Positions 36,100 to 45,411 of a stretch of 64,000 nucleotides of DNA are shown piece after piece. Under the pieces are notes generated by a model. That model had not been told where the DNA came from and made no database searches. It saw only the letters and a program-made list of their open reading frames with translations. Position 1 is the first letter of the stretch, and each line of letters opens with the position of its first letter. Source of the stretch: Candidatus Eiseniibacteriota bacterium (GTDB taxonomy: Bacteria; Eisenbacteria; RBG-16-71-46); the NCBI GenBank assembly GCA_031370785.1, contig JANMQY010000079.1, positions 1-64,000 on the forward strand, given 5' to 3'. The position numbers were made by a program, and so were the translations under genes.

Positions 36100-36618
36100 A
36101 TGCGTCTCATCCTGTTCAGGCACGGCCCCGCGGGCAGCTCCGATGCCGCACGCTGGCCCGACGACCGCGAACGTCCGCTCTCCTCGCGCGGCGAGGAGCG
36201 TACGCACGCCGCGGCGCTCGGTCTCGGCGAGATCGAGCGCGAGATCACCCGCATCCTGACGAGTCCGCTGCGCCGTGCGCTCGGGACCGGCGCGATCCTG
36301 CGCGAGGTGCTCGACCTCGACCGTGAGCTCGAGCTTCACGCCGATCTGGCGCCCGGCGGCTCGACGCGTCGGCTGCTCGAATCGTTCGCGGAGTCCACCG
36401 ACGAAGAGAGCGTGGTTCTGGTCGGGCACGAGCCCGACCTCGGCAAGCTCGCCGGCACGCTGCTCTTTGGCGCTCCGGCGCATCTGCCGCTCAAGAAGGC
36501 GGGCGGCTGCGCCATCGGCTTCGAGGGCGCCCCGCGTGCGGGAGAAGGGCAGCTGCTGTGGTTCCTGCCCCCGCGTGCGCTTCGCCGGCTGGCGCGCAAG
36601 CAAAGGATGCACGCGTGA
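36100..36618 (+). CDS. sixA: Phosphohistidine phosphatase SixA family
   Basis: RHG, RPLS, TSPLRRA, VGHEP. Confidence 0.88.
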   Translation: MRLILFRHGPAGSSDAARWPDDRERPLSSRGEERTHAAALGLGEIEREITRILTSPLRRALGTGAILREVLDLDRELELHADLAPGGSTRRLLESFAESTDEESVVLVGHEPDLGKLAGTLLFGAPAHLPLKKAGGCAIGFEGAPRAGEGQLLWFLPPRALRRLARKQRMHA

Positions 36619-36623
36619 ACTCG

Positions 36624-37325
36624 ATGCCGGACACCTACGGCGCCAACCGGACGCAGTATCCCGGCCGGTTGTTCATCGTCGAAGGCATCGACGGCTCGGG
36701 CAAGAGCACGCAGCTCACCCTGCTCGCGCAGTGGCTGCGCGGCCAGGGCTACCCGGTGGTGTTCAGCGAGTGGAACTCCTCGCTGATCGTGAAGGCGACC
36801 ACCTCGCGCGCCAAGAAGCGCCGGCTGCTCACGCCGCTGACCTTCTCCCTGATCCACGCCACCGACTTCTCGGACCGGGTGGAGCGCGAGATCGTGCCCA
36901 CGCTCAAGGCGGGCGCGGTCGTGCTCGCCGACCGCTACGTGTACACCGCGTTCGCGCGCGACGTGGTGCGCGGGGTGGACCCACGCTGGGTGCGTTCGCT
37001 CTACCGGTTCGCGGTGGTGCCGACGCGCGCGTTCTACTTCCGCGTGCCGCTCGAGATCGCGCTGCGCCGCATCCTCATGTCGCGTCCCAAGCTCAAGTAC
37101 TACGAGGCGGGCATGGACCTGGGCCTGCACCCGGATCCGCGCGAGTCGTACCGCCGATTCCAGACCCGCATCCTCGACCAGTACGAGACCCTGGTCGATG
37201 AATTCGGCCTCAGCGTGATGGACGCGACCGAACCGGTCGAGATCCAGCAGCGCCGCCTGCGCCGCGAGATCCTGCCACTGCTCGCGGGGCTGCCCCGTTC
37301 GGGAGACGTCCATGCGATCCTTTGA
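36624..37325 (+). CDS. Thymidylate-kinase-like protein A (intact P-loop); candidate polyphosphate kinase catalytic subunit
   Basis: EGIDGSGKST and LADRY present; EWNSS replaces canonical REPG; YYEAGMDL. Alternative GTG start 36615 overlaps the sixA stop. Confidence 0.85.
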   Translation: MPDTYGANRTQYPGRLFIVEGIDGSGKSTQLTLLAQWLRGQGYPVVFSEWNSSLIVKATTSRAKKRRLLTPLTFSLIHATDFSDRVEREIVPTLKAGAVVLADRYVYTAFARDVVRGVDPRWVRSLYRFAVVPTRAFYFRVPLEIALRRILMSRPKLKYYEAGMDLGLHPDPRESYRRFQTRILDQYETLVDEFGLSVMDATEPVEIQQRRLRREILPLLAGLPRSGDVHAIL

Positions 37326-38019
37326 GAGTTACGGCGTCCCGATTCCGGCGGTGGATCCTGCCGAGCTCACCGGCTGGCTGGTCGTGATCGAGGGGACCGA
37401 TGGAGTGGGGCGCACCACGCACGTCAATCACCTGCGCGCCCATCTCGAACGCCAGGGCTACGCCGTGGCCGAGTCCGGATTCACGCGATCCGACGTCGCG
37501 AGCCGCGGCATCCGCCGCGCCAAGCAGGGCAACACGCTCGGCTCCAACGCGTACAATCTGTTCTACGCGACCGATTTTGCGGACCGGCTCGAACGTCAGA
37601 TCATTCCCGCACTTCGCGCCGGGTTCGTCATGCTGACCGACCGATACGTCTATTCGCTCATCGCGCGCGCCATCGTGCGCGGGGCGGATCCGGACTGGAT
37701 CAAGCAGGTCTACTCGTTCTCGCTCCAGCCCGATGCGGTGTTCTACCTGCGCATCGCGGTGCCCGACCTGGTGCCGCGCATCGTTTCCAACGGCGGCTTC
37801 GACTACTGGGAGTCGGGCATGGACCTGCCCATGGGCGAGGACATCTACGACTCCTTCATCAACTATCAGAAGCGCGTGATCGAGGAGCTGGACGGGCTGT
37901 CGCGTGACTACGGATTCCAGACCATCGACGCCACCCGGCGAGAGGACGACATCGCCGAGGAGCTGGCGGCCCGCGTCTCGACTCTGCTGGAAGCCGACAT
38001 TCCTCCAGTCGTCGAGTGA
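37312..38019 (+). CDS. Thymidylate-kinase-like protein B (P-loop K->R); candidate partner subunit
   Basis: EGTDGVGRTT, ATDFADR, TDRYVY, YWESGMDL; paralog of the upstream gene. Confidence 0.85.
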   Translation: MRSFESYGVPIPAVDPAELTGWLVVIEGTDGVGRTTHVNHLRAHLERQGYAVAESGFTRSDVASRGIRRAKQGNTLGSNAYNLFYATDFADRLERQIIPALRAGFVMLTDRYVYSLIARAIVRGADPDWIKQVYSFSLQPDAVFYLRIAVPDLVPRIVSNGGFDYWESGMDLPMGEDIYDSFINYQKRVIEELDGLSRDYGFQTIDATRREDDIAEELAARVSTLLEADIPPVVE

Positions 38020-39077
38020 TCGCGCTGGCTTCTGAAGACACCGGCGCTCCCGGCGCTGGCGCTCCCGACACGCCGGACGCCGACGCTCGCGAGCCGCTGG
38101 CCCTGAGGCTCCGCCGTCTCACCGAAGCGCTCCTCATTGCCGCGCGTGGGCTGCGCGCGCACGACACCGAGGCGGCGCACGATGCGCGTGTCGCCGCACG
38201 CAGGCTCGAGTCCGCGCTTTCGCTGTGGCGATCGGTGCTGCGTCACAGCCCCGCCGATCGCGCCCGCCGCGAACTGCGCCGCAAGCGTCGCGCGCTGTCC
38301 CGGGTCCGCGATCTGGAAGTCCACCTTGCCGAGCTTCGCCCGATGCTGCGCCCGCTCGCCGCGGATGATGCGCGTATTGCGCGCTGGCTCGAGCGGCTCG
38401 AGCGCCGGACGGTGCGCGCCCGCGAGGTCGCGACGCGACGGGTGAGCCCGGCGCGGGTGAGGCGCGTGCAGAAGTGGATCGAGGCTGCCGCCGAGAATGC
38501 CGCGGAGGAGACGGCGCTCGATGCGGTGCGCGAGCGGCTTGCCGGGCGCGAGAAGGAATTCCGGGAACACGCGGCGCATGCGCTCGAATCCCCCGAGCCC
38601 GCGCGGCTTCACGCCGCGAGGATCGCCGCCAAGAAGCTGCGCTACGCGCTGGAGAGCGCGCAGAGTCCCGCTATGCCGTCGGACCAGCCTCGCGACGAGG
38701 TCGCGGAACTCCGCGCGGTCCAGCGGGCGCTGGGAGATGTCCAGGACGCTTCGACGCTGACCCGGCGGCTGACCCGGCGCCTGCGTCGCTGGCACGCACG
38801 CGGTCATGCGTCGACGGCTTCACGAGTCGAGCCCCTGCTCGAGCCGCTGGCGGCGCGGAGCGCGCGGGCCGTCGAGAAGGTGCTGCCGAAGATCCGTGCG
38901 ATTCTCGAGCGGGCTTCGCGGCATGTTCCAGCACCACCCGCACCCGCCCCTTCACCAGGCGCTCGAGAAGCCCGGTCCGGCGTCGCGCCGCCCACAGCTC
39001 CAGCTGCGCCTCGCGTCGGGCGGATACAACGATCGATACGGTCGCGTCGCGTCGCACCACCCGCATCGAGCGGATGA
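38016..39077 (+). CDS. CHAD domain polyphosphate-binding protein
   Basis: HDARVAARRL, RDLEV, LHAARIAAKKLRY, QRALGDVQD. Confidence 0.88.
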   Translation: MIALASEDTGAPGAGAPDTPDADAREPLALRLRRLTEALLIAARGLRAHDTEAAHDARVAARRLESALSLWRSVLRHSPADRARRELRRKRRALSRVRDLEVHLAELRPMLRPLAADDARIARWLERLERRTVRAREVATRRVSPARVRRVQKWIEAAAENAAEETALDAVRERLAGREKEFREHAAHALESPEPARLHAARIAAKKLRYALESAQSPAMPSDQPRDEVAELRAVQRALGDVQDASTLTRRLTRRLRRWHARGHASTASRVEPLLEPLAARSARAVEKVLPKIRAILERASRHVPAPPAPAPSPGAREARSGVAPPTAPAAPRVGRIQRSIRSRRVAPPASSG

Positions 39078-40455
39078 GCTGATAGTGACTGCGCTCGAGG
39101 CCCTCGGCGATGCGCAGGATCGCGGAGAGCCAGAGCACGACGCGCCGCTGACTCTTGTCCAGCGCCTTGTACTCCGGGTCGCGCTTTCGCGGGCGACCTT
39201 TGCCGTGATAGCGCGTCACCAGCGCCACCTGCACGATCTCCGCGGCAGAGAGCCCGCGCAGATTTCCGTTCTTGACCACGTAGCCCGAGTGCTCGTGGTG
39301 GCCGTCGTAGCCGATCGCCGAGCCGATGTCGTGGAGCAGCGCCGCGAAGTGCAGCAGCTCGCGCGCCTCGGCATCCAGCCTGTGCCTGGAGCGCAGCGCA
39401 TCGAACAGCGTGAGCGCGAGGGTCGCGACGTGACGCGGGTGCGCCCCGTCCGCGTTGAATTTCGCGAGCAGCAGGTAGACGCTGCGCAGCCGAAGGTCGT
39501 CGACTGTCTCCAGCTTCGAGATCTCCTTCGCGTGGTAGACCAGATGGTCGGTGACCAGTCCCTCGCGCACGCCGAAGTCCGACAGCGTGATCCCGTCGAG
39601 GCCGAGCATGGAGAGCAGCTCGTGCAGAACGGTGGCCCCGGCCAGCAGGATCTCGGCGCGTGCCGCATCGATCGCCGGCAGGTGCTCGCGCTCGGTCTGA
39701 TCCATGCGCTGCAATCGCGCCACCAGACGCTCGAGCCCCTCGGCGGCGAGGAAGTGCCCGTTCAGCTGCTCCAGGGGCACGCCGGTCTGGCTCCACGCCA
39801 CGGTCTGTGCCAGTGCGTGGATCGAGCCTGACGATCCGTACGCGCGGGTGATCTTGTAGGGCTCGAGCTCGCGCAAGGCCGGGCGCAGCTTGCGCCGCAC
39901 GTGGCGGCGAAGCCGTGCGACGTCGCGGCGGGTCGGCGGATCCCTGGGGACCATCAGCTCGGTGAGGCGCAGCGCGCCGAGTGGAACGCTGGCGGCGTGT
40001 GAAAGGCGCTCGCGGTTTCCCACCACCAGCTGGGCGCTGCCGCCGCCGATGTCCACGATCAGCGCGGGCGCCTCCTCCAGCTGGAGGGCGCTCTTGACCG
40101 CGAGATAGATGAGGCGCCCCTCTTCATCTCCGGGGATGACGCGGGGCGAGATCCCGCTCGCCTCGCGCGCCGCGCTCAGGAACTCGCCGCCGTTGCGGGC
40201 CTCGCGCACCGCGGCCGTGGCGGTGCACAGGATGCGGTCCACCTGATGCCGGCGCGCGAGGCGCACGAAGCGGGTGAGCGCGTCCACGGTGCGGCGGATC
40301 GCCGCACGGCGCAGCCGTCCGGCGGCGAACGAGCCGCGACCGATCTGCACCACTTCCCGCTCGCGATCGATCACGTCGAACGAGGCACCGCCTCGCGACT
40401 GCGCGATCACCATGTGAATCGAGTTGGTGCCGATGTCGATTGCAGCGATGCGCAT
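38671..40455 (-). CDS. ppx: Exopolyphosphatase Ppx/GppA with HD domain
   Basis: AAIDIGTNS, ATAAVREA, DIGGGS, GVREG, LLHDIG. Confidence 0.93.
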   Translation of the reverse strand: MRIAAIDIGTNSIHMVIAQSRGGASFDVIDREREVVQIGRGSFAAGRLRRAAIRRTVDALTRFVRLARRHQVDRILCTATAAVREARNGGEFLSAAREASGISPRVIPGDEEGRLIYLAVKSALQLEEAPALIVDIGGGSAQLVVGNRERLSHAASVPLGALRLTELMVPRDPPTRRDVARLRRHVRRKLRPALRELEPYKITRAYGSSGSIHALAQTVAWSQTGVPLEQLNGHFLAAEGLERLVARLQRMDQTEREHLPAIDAARAEILLAGATVLHELLSMLGLDGITLSDFGVREGLVTDHLVYHAKEISKLETVDDLRLRSVYLLLAKFNADGAHPRHVATLALTLFDALRSRHRLDAEARELLHFAALLHDIGSAIGYDGHHEHSGYVVKNGNLRGLSAAEIVQVALVTRYHGKGRPRKRDPEYKALDKSQRRVVLWLSAILRIAEGLERSHYQLIRSMRVVRRDATVSIVVSARREAQLELWAARRRTGLLERLVKGRVRVVLEHAAKPARESHGSSAAPSRRPARSAPPAARAGARLVKPSTHDRVRASDAGAGSAAGSASKRPGHLPAPAGPRGVPRPRREAGPTA

Positions 40456-40593
40456 CTGGTCCGGCCCTCCAAGGGGGACGCGTCCGCGGCCACCGAGTTT
40501 ACGCGTCTCGGGCGCCTTTGGCCATCACACTGCTCGACGTCCGCGCATCGTCGCCGTCCCGCCTGCCCCGGCGTCGTGCGCAGTTTCTCCGCA

Positions 40594-40640
40594 CTTTTAT
40601 CGGGCGTTCACGCGTCGTAACCGCCGACGTGTTCTCTTTC
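40594..40640 (+). promoter_or_regulatory. Possible Pho-box promoter element
   Basis: CTTTTAT-N4-CGTTCAC-N3-TCGTAAC, then CGCCGACGTGTTCTCTT, closely matching the element upstream of the porin-pst operon. Confidence 0.45.
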
Positions 40641-40659
40641 GGCTCGTCGCTCCCGACCC

Positions 40660-40862
40660 TTGAGCTTCCCCGCCACTCGAATCCGGGAGTTCGCCCCGCG
40701 CGGCACCGCACGCATCGCGCGCTCTGCGCGCGCGCACGCCGACTGTTCGGAAGCTGGGAGGGCGCGGTCCGCGCGGCGGGACTCGACTACGCCGAGCTGG
40801 TCACGATTGCACGGCAGCGCGCCTCGCGCGCCCGCCGGCTCACCTGGCGTCGCGCGCGCTAA
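40660..40862 (+). pseudogene. Small 'FGSW...AAG' helical-repeat protein (HNH-associated repeat-like), possibly frameshifted
   Basis: ALCARARRLFGSWEGAVRAAGLDY in the 40440 frame; no convincing in-frame start or RBS. Confidence 0.45.
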
Positions 40863-41551
40863 GCGCGACCGAAGTCGTCGCCGGCTTCGGTTTGCTCTTC
40901 GGCGTGGTGCTTGATCACCCGTGCCTCGGCGATGAACACCACTTCTTCGGCGATGTTGGTGGCGAGGTCGGCGACACGCTCCAGGTTGCGCGCGACCAGG
41001 ATCAGCTCCATCGCCCGGGTGATGGTGGTCGGATTCTCCACCATGAAACTGAGCAGCTCGCGGAAGACCTGATCGTTCAGACTGTCGACCACGTCGTCGG
41101 CGCGGCACAGGCGCCGCGCGCTCACGGCATCCTGGCGCACGAACGCGTCGAGCGACTCGCGCAGCATCCCGTTCGCGAGCTCGGCCATTCGCGGGATGTC
41201 CACCAGCGGCTTGAGCAGGGGCTGTCCGGCCAGCCGCATCACGCTTCCGGCGATATTCACCGCATGGTCGCCGACCCGCTCCAGGTCGTTGTTGATCTTG
41301 AGCGCGGCGGTGATGAAGCGCAGGTCGCGCGCCATCGGCTGCTGGAGCGCGAGCAGGCGCAGGCAGCGCTCGTCGATGTCGAGCTCCATGCGATCGATGA
41401 TCTTGTCGTCGGCGAAGACCTCGCGAGCCAGGGTCTCATCCAGACGGCGCAGCGCGTCGATCGACTTGAGCACGATGCTCTCGGAGTGTCCGCCCATGAG
41501 CAGCAGCTGCTGCTTGAGCTGCTCCAGCTCGCGTTCGAAATGCCTTTCCAC
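40859..41551 (-). CDS. phoU: Phosphate signalling protein PhoU
   Basis: QQPMARDLR, DLERVGDHA, LERVADLATNIAE. Confidence 0.96.
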   Translation of the reverse strand: MERHFERELEQLKQQLLLMGGHSESIVLKSIDALRRLDETLAREVFADDKIIDRMELDIDERCLRLLALQQPMARDLRFITAALKINNDLERVGDHAVNIAGSVMRLAGQPLLKPLVDIPRMAELANGMLRESLDAFVRQDAVSARRLCRADDVVDSLNDQVFRELLSFMVENPTTITRAMELILVARNLERVADLATNIAEEVVFIAEARVIKHHAEEQTEAGDDFGRA

Positions 41552-41583
41552 GTGTGTTCTCCGCCCCGGTTTGGCGCCGGCGC

Positions 41584-42447
41584 TCAGCCGAAGCGCCCGG
41601 TGATGTATTCCTCGGTGAGCTTCTGGCGCGGGCGCGTGAACAGCTCCCGCGTATTGCCCACCTCGATCAGCTCTCCCGACAGCATGAACGCGGTCCGATC
41701 CGAGATGCGCGCGGCCTGCTGCATGTTGTGGGTCACGACCACGATCGTGTAGCGCGATTTGAGATCCAGCACCAGCTCTTCGATGCGTGCGGTTGCGGTC
41801 GGGTCGAGCGCGGAGGCCGGCTCGTCCATCAGCAGGACCTCGGGCTCGACCGCGAGCGCGCGCGCGATGCACATGCGCTGCTGCTGCCCGCCCGACAGCT
41901 GGAGCGCGGAGCGGCCGAGCCGGTCGCGCACCTCGTCCCACAGCGCCGCGCGGCGCAGGCTGTTCTCGACGTGCGACTCGAGCTCGCCACGGTCGCGAAT
42001 CCCGAGCAGCCGAAGTCCGAAGGCCACGTTGTCGAAGATGCTTCGCGGAAAGGGATTGGGGCGCTGGAACACCATGCCGACGCGACGCCTGAGCTCGACC
42101 GTGTCGGTCGATGGTGCGTAGACATCGATCTCGGACACCCGGATCTCGCCCGTGACGCGCACGCTGGGAATCAGATCGTTCATCCGGTTGAATGCGCGCA
42201 GCAGCGTACTCTTGCCGCATCCCGACGGGCCGATGATCGCGGTGACCCCCCGCTCCGGAACGTCGAGGGATACCGACTTGAGCGCCTGGTGGTTTCCGTA
42301 CCACAGGTTGAAGTCGCGCGTGCAGATGCGCGGCTCCACGACGCGCCCGCTCTCGGCATCGCGCGCCGGGTCCGGGTTGCGAGGCGCGGATCCGGCGGCG
42401 ATCTCCGGAAGGATCGTCCGGATCGTGGGAGGAGCTTCCAGAGACAC
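41584..42447 (-). CDS. pstB: Phosphate ABC transporter ATPase
   Basis: [39 protein letters not shown]. Confidence 0.97.
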   Translation of the reverse strand: MSLEAPPTIRTILPEIAAGSAPRNPDPARDAESGRVVEPRICTRDFNLWYGNHQALKSVSLDVPERGVTAIIGPSGCGKSTLLRAFNRMNDLIPSVRVTGEIRVSEIDVYAPSTDTVELRRRVGMVFQRPNPFPRSIFDNVAFGLRLLGIRDRGELESHVENSLRRAALWDEVRDRLGRSALQLSGGQQQRMCIARALAVEPEVLLMDEPASALDPTATARIEELVLDLKSRYTIVVVTHNMQQAARISDRTAFMLSGELIEVGNTRELFTRPRQKLTEEYITGRFG

Positions 42448-42449
42448 CC

Positions 42450-43334
42450 CTAGTTTCTCCCGGGCAATCGCCGCAAGGTCAGTCGCAGGATGCCGGACAT
42501 CAACGTGACGAGCAGGAGCAGCACGAGCGCTCCGGTCCAGGCCTGGCGGTTCCAGTCCTCGTAGGGCGCCTTGGCGTAATCGTAGATCATGACGGGAAGC
42601 GAGGCGATTGGCTGGTCCAGGCGAATCGACCAGAACCGGTTGCCGAGCGCGGTGAACAGCAGCGGCGCGGTCTCCCCGGCGGCGCGCGACAGCGCGAGCA
42701 GGCTCGCGGTCACGATGCCGGCCGAGGCCGACGGGATCACCACCGACTGGATCGCGCGCCAGCGCGGCGCTCCCAGCGCGAGCGCGGCCTCGGTGTAGGA
42801 GCGCGGCACGAGGCGCACCACTTCCTCGGTCGAGCGCACGATGGTCGGCAGCATCAGGATGGCGAGCGCGACGCCGCCAGCCAGGGCCGAGAACCGGCCC
42901 ATCGGCAGCACCACCAGCCCGTAGGCCGCGACCCCGACCACGATCGACGGCACGCCGGCGAGAACATCGGCGGTGTAGCGCACGATCATTCCCAGTCGGC
43001 CTCCGCCATACGTCGCGAGCCACACGCCGGCGCCGACTCCGACCGGCACCGCGATCAGGCCGCCGAGCCCGGTCACGATCAGCGTCCCGATGATCGCGTT
43101 GGCCATGCCGCCGCCCGGCTCTCCGACCGGCTTGGGCAGATTGAAGAAGAACGAAGGGCGAAGCGCAGGCAGACCCTTCGCGAGCAGGTGCCACACGATG
43201 AAGGCGAGCGGCAGCACCACCAGCGCGGCCGCGATCCAGCACGCCGCAAGGAGCGAGGCGTTGTGAATCAGCCGCAACCTCGAGGGGCCGCGCCCGGCCG
43301 AACGGGCCAGCGCGTCAGGCCGTGCCGGCGACAT
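42450..43334 (-). CDS. pstA: Phosphate ABC transporter permease
   Basis: [19 protein letters not shown]. Confidence 0.95.
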   Translation of the reverse strand: MSPARPDALARSAGRGPSRLRLIHNASLLAACWIAAALVVLPLAFIVWHLLAKGLPALRPSFFFNLPKPVGEPGGGMANAIIGTLIVTGLGGLIAVPVGVGAGVWLATYGGGRLGMIVRYTADVLAGVPSIVVGVAAYGLVVLPMGRFSALAGGVALAILMLPTIVRSTEEVVRLVPRSYTEAALALGAPRWRAIQSVVIPSASAGIVTASLLALSRAAGETAPLLFTALGNRFWSIRLDQPIASLPVMIYDYAKAPYEDWNRQAWTGALVLLLLVTLMSGILRLTLRRLPGRN

Positions 43335-44310
43335 CGCGTCTTCCTCCGGTCGCGAGGTGGACGAGCAGGCGCGCCCCGGCGTTGACCACCAGCGTCAGCG
43401 CGAACAGCACCAGCGCCACCTCGATCAGCGCGGAAAGGTAGAGAGCGCCGGTCGCCTCGGTGAACTCGTTGGCGATCACGCTCGCCATGGTCGAGCCGGG
43501 CGCGAGCAACGAGGCCGAGATGCGATTGGTGTTCCCGATCACCATGGTCACCGCCATGGTTTCCCCGAGCGCGCGCCCGAGCGCAAGGATCACCGCGCCG
43601 AGGATTCCCGGCCTCGCGGCGTCGACCGCGACCGCGATCGCCTCGGCGCGGGTCGAGCCGAGCGCCAGCGCCGCTTCACGCAGCGAACGCGGCGTCGCGA
43701 GCAGGATCTCTCGCGAGATCGAGACCACCGTCGGCAGCACCATGATGGCGAGCACGATGCCCGCGTTGAGAACGCCGATGCCGAAGGGGGGACCCGTGAA
43801 CAGCGGCATGAACCCGAGGTGCTGGATCAGCCACGGCTCGACGGCGGTGCGCAGGACGGGCGCGAGCACGAACAGTCCCCACAGCCCGTACACGATGCTC
43901 GGGATCGAGGCGAGCAGATCGACCACGAACGCGACGGCTTCGCCGACCCGGGGCGGCGCCAGCTCGGAGAGGAACACCGCGGCCCCGATCCCGAGCGGCA
44001 CCGCGAGCAGCATCGCGATCGCCGAGGTCACCAGCGTGCCGTACACGTAGGGCAGCGCGCCGAACTTCTCCGCGACCGGATCCCAGGTGGTGGAGGTGAA
44101 GAACTGCCACCCGAAGGTGCGCAACGAGAGCTGCGCGCCCCGAGTGGACTCGAACACGATCAGCGCGGCGACCAGGAACACGAACAGGGCGCACGCGCCG
44201 AGCAGCCCCTGGTATGCGGTGTCGGCATGTGCCCAGGGCTTCGCCCGTGCGATCGGTCGGGTGAGCACCGGCAGATGGCTCGCGCCGGCCGTTCCGGTTC
44301 GGGAGGTCAC
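43315..44310 (-). CDS. pstC: Phosphate ABC transporter permease
   Basis: IPSIVYGLWG, GRALGETMAV, IANEF. Confidence 0.95.
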   Translation of the reverse strand: MTSRTGTAGASHLPVLTRPIARAKPWAHADTAYQGLLGACALFVFLVAALIVFESTRGAQLSLRTFGWQFFTSTTWDPVAEKFGALPYVYGTLVTSAIAMLLAVPLGIGAAVFLSELAPPRVGEAVAFVVDLLASIPSIVYGLWGLFVLAPVLRTAVEPWLIQHLGFMPLFTGPPFGIGVLNAGIVLAIMVLPTVVSISREILLATPRSLREAALALGSTRAEAIAVAVDAARPGILGAVILALGRALGETMAVTMVIGNTNRISASLLAPGSTMASVIANEFTEATGALYLSALIEVALVLFALTLVVNAGARLLVHLATGGRRDVAGTA

Positions 44311-44326
44311 CGGCTGTCCCGGGCGC

Positions 44327-45388
44327 TCACTGCAGCACCGGCCTGCCGTTCGCGGTCAGCTTGAGCAGGTTCGCATCGTTGATCTTGATCACCGCCTCGG
44401 GCAGCCGGGCGTAGTCCAGCGCCTCGGCCATGCTCTGTCCGTCGTGCATCGCCCAGCGGATGAATTCCGCGAGCGTGCGCGCTTTCTTCCCGTCCTTCAG
44501 GTCCCTGTAGACGAGCAGATAGGTGAGCCCCGCGATGGGGTAGGCGTCCGGGCTCGCCGAGTTCACGATTGGTGCGCGTACGTCCTTCGCAAGCGCCGCC
44601 TCCGCGCCGGCGACGGCCGCGGTGGTCGAAGCCAGCGAGGGTTCGACGAACTTGCCCGCCTTGTTGCGCAGCGCCGCGATCGGAAGCTGGTTCTGCTTCG
44701 CATACGCCAGCTCCACGTAGCCGATCGCGCCCGGAGATTGCCGTATCAGGCCGGCCACGCCCTCGTTGCCCTTGCCGCCGACACCGGCCGGCCAGCTCAC
44801 CGAGGTGTTGGCGCCGACCAGCTCCTTCCACTCGGTGCTGACCGACGAGAGGTAGGTGGTGAAGATGTTCGTCGTGCCGCTGCCATCCGACCGGTGCACA
44901 GGCAGGATCGGCACCGGAGGCAGCGCGACGCCGGGGTTGGCGGCGGCGATCGCCTTGTCGTTCCACACCGTGATCCGGCCGAGAGAGATTCCGGTCAGGG
45001 CCTCGGGCGTGAGCTGGAGCCGGCCCTTGAAGTCGGGAAGGTTGTAGGCGATCGCGACCGCCCCGGCGACGGTCGGGAAATGGATGATCGGGCGCGGCAG
45101 CTCGCGGAGCCGATCGTCCGAGAGCGCCGCGTCGCTGGCCCCGAAATCGACGGTGCCGGCCTTCACCTGCTGGATGCCCGCGCCGCTGCCGATCGACTGA
45201 TAGTTGATGCCCACCCCGGTCTTCTTCTGGTACGTGTCGAACCACTTCGAGTAGATGGGATAGGGAAAGGTCGCGCCTGCCCCGGTCAGATTCTGCGCCC
45301 GCGCACAACTGGCCGGACCGAGCGCCGCCAGCGCCAGGCCGAGGAGCGCCGCGACTCCGGTCACCTGTCGCTTCAATGTGCTTCTCAT
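44327..45388 (-). CDS. pstS: Phosphate-binding protein
   Basis: GAGATFP, GSGAG, DFGASD, RSDGSGTT, GNEGV, IGYVE. Confidence 0.97.
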   Translation of the reverse strand: MRSTLKRQVTGVAALLGLALAALGPASCARAQNLTGAGATFPYPIYSKWFDTYQKKTGVGINYQSIGSGAGIQQVKAGTVDFGASDAALSDDRLRELPRPIIHFPTVAGAVAIAYNLPDFKGRLQLTPEALTGISLGRITVWNDKAIAAANPGVALPPVPILPVHRSDGSGTTNIFTTYLSSVSTEWKELVGANTSVSWPAGVGGKGNEGVAGLIRQSPGAIGYVELAYAKQNQLPIAALRNKAGKFVEPSLASTTAAVAGAEAALAKDVRAPIVNSASPDAYPIAGLTYLLVYRDLKDGKKARTLAEFIRWAMHDGQSMAEALDYARLPEAVIKINDANLLKLTANGRPVLQ

Positions 45389-45411
45389 GGGTCTGGCCCT
45401 TTCGTTGAGTT

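Noticed and set aside
36624..38019. Plain annotation as two dTMP kinases (tmk)
   Set aside because: REPG is missing, one P-loop is altered, and the context is purely phosphate/polyP.
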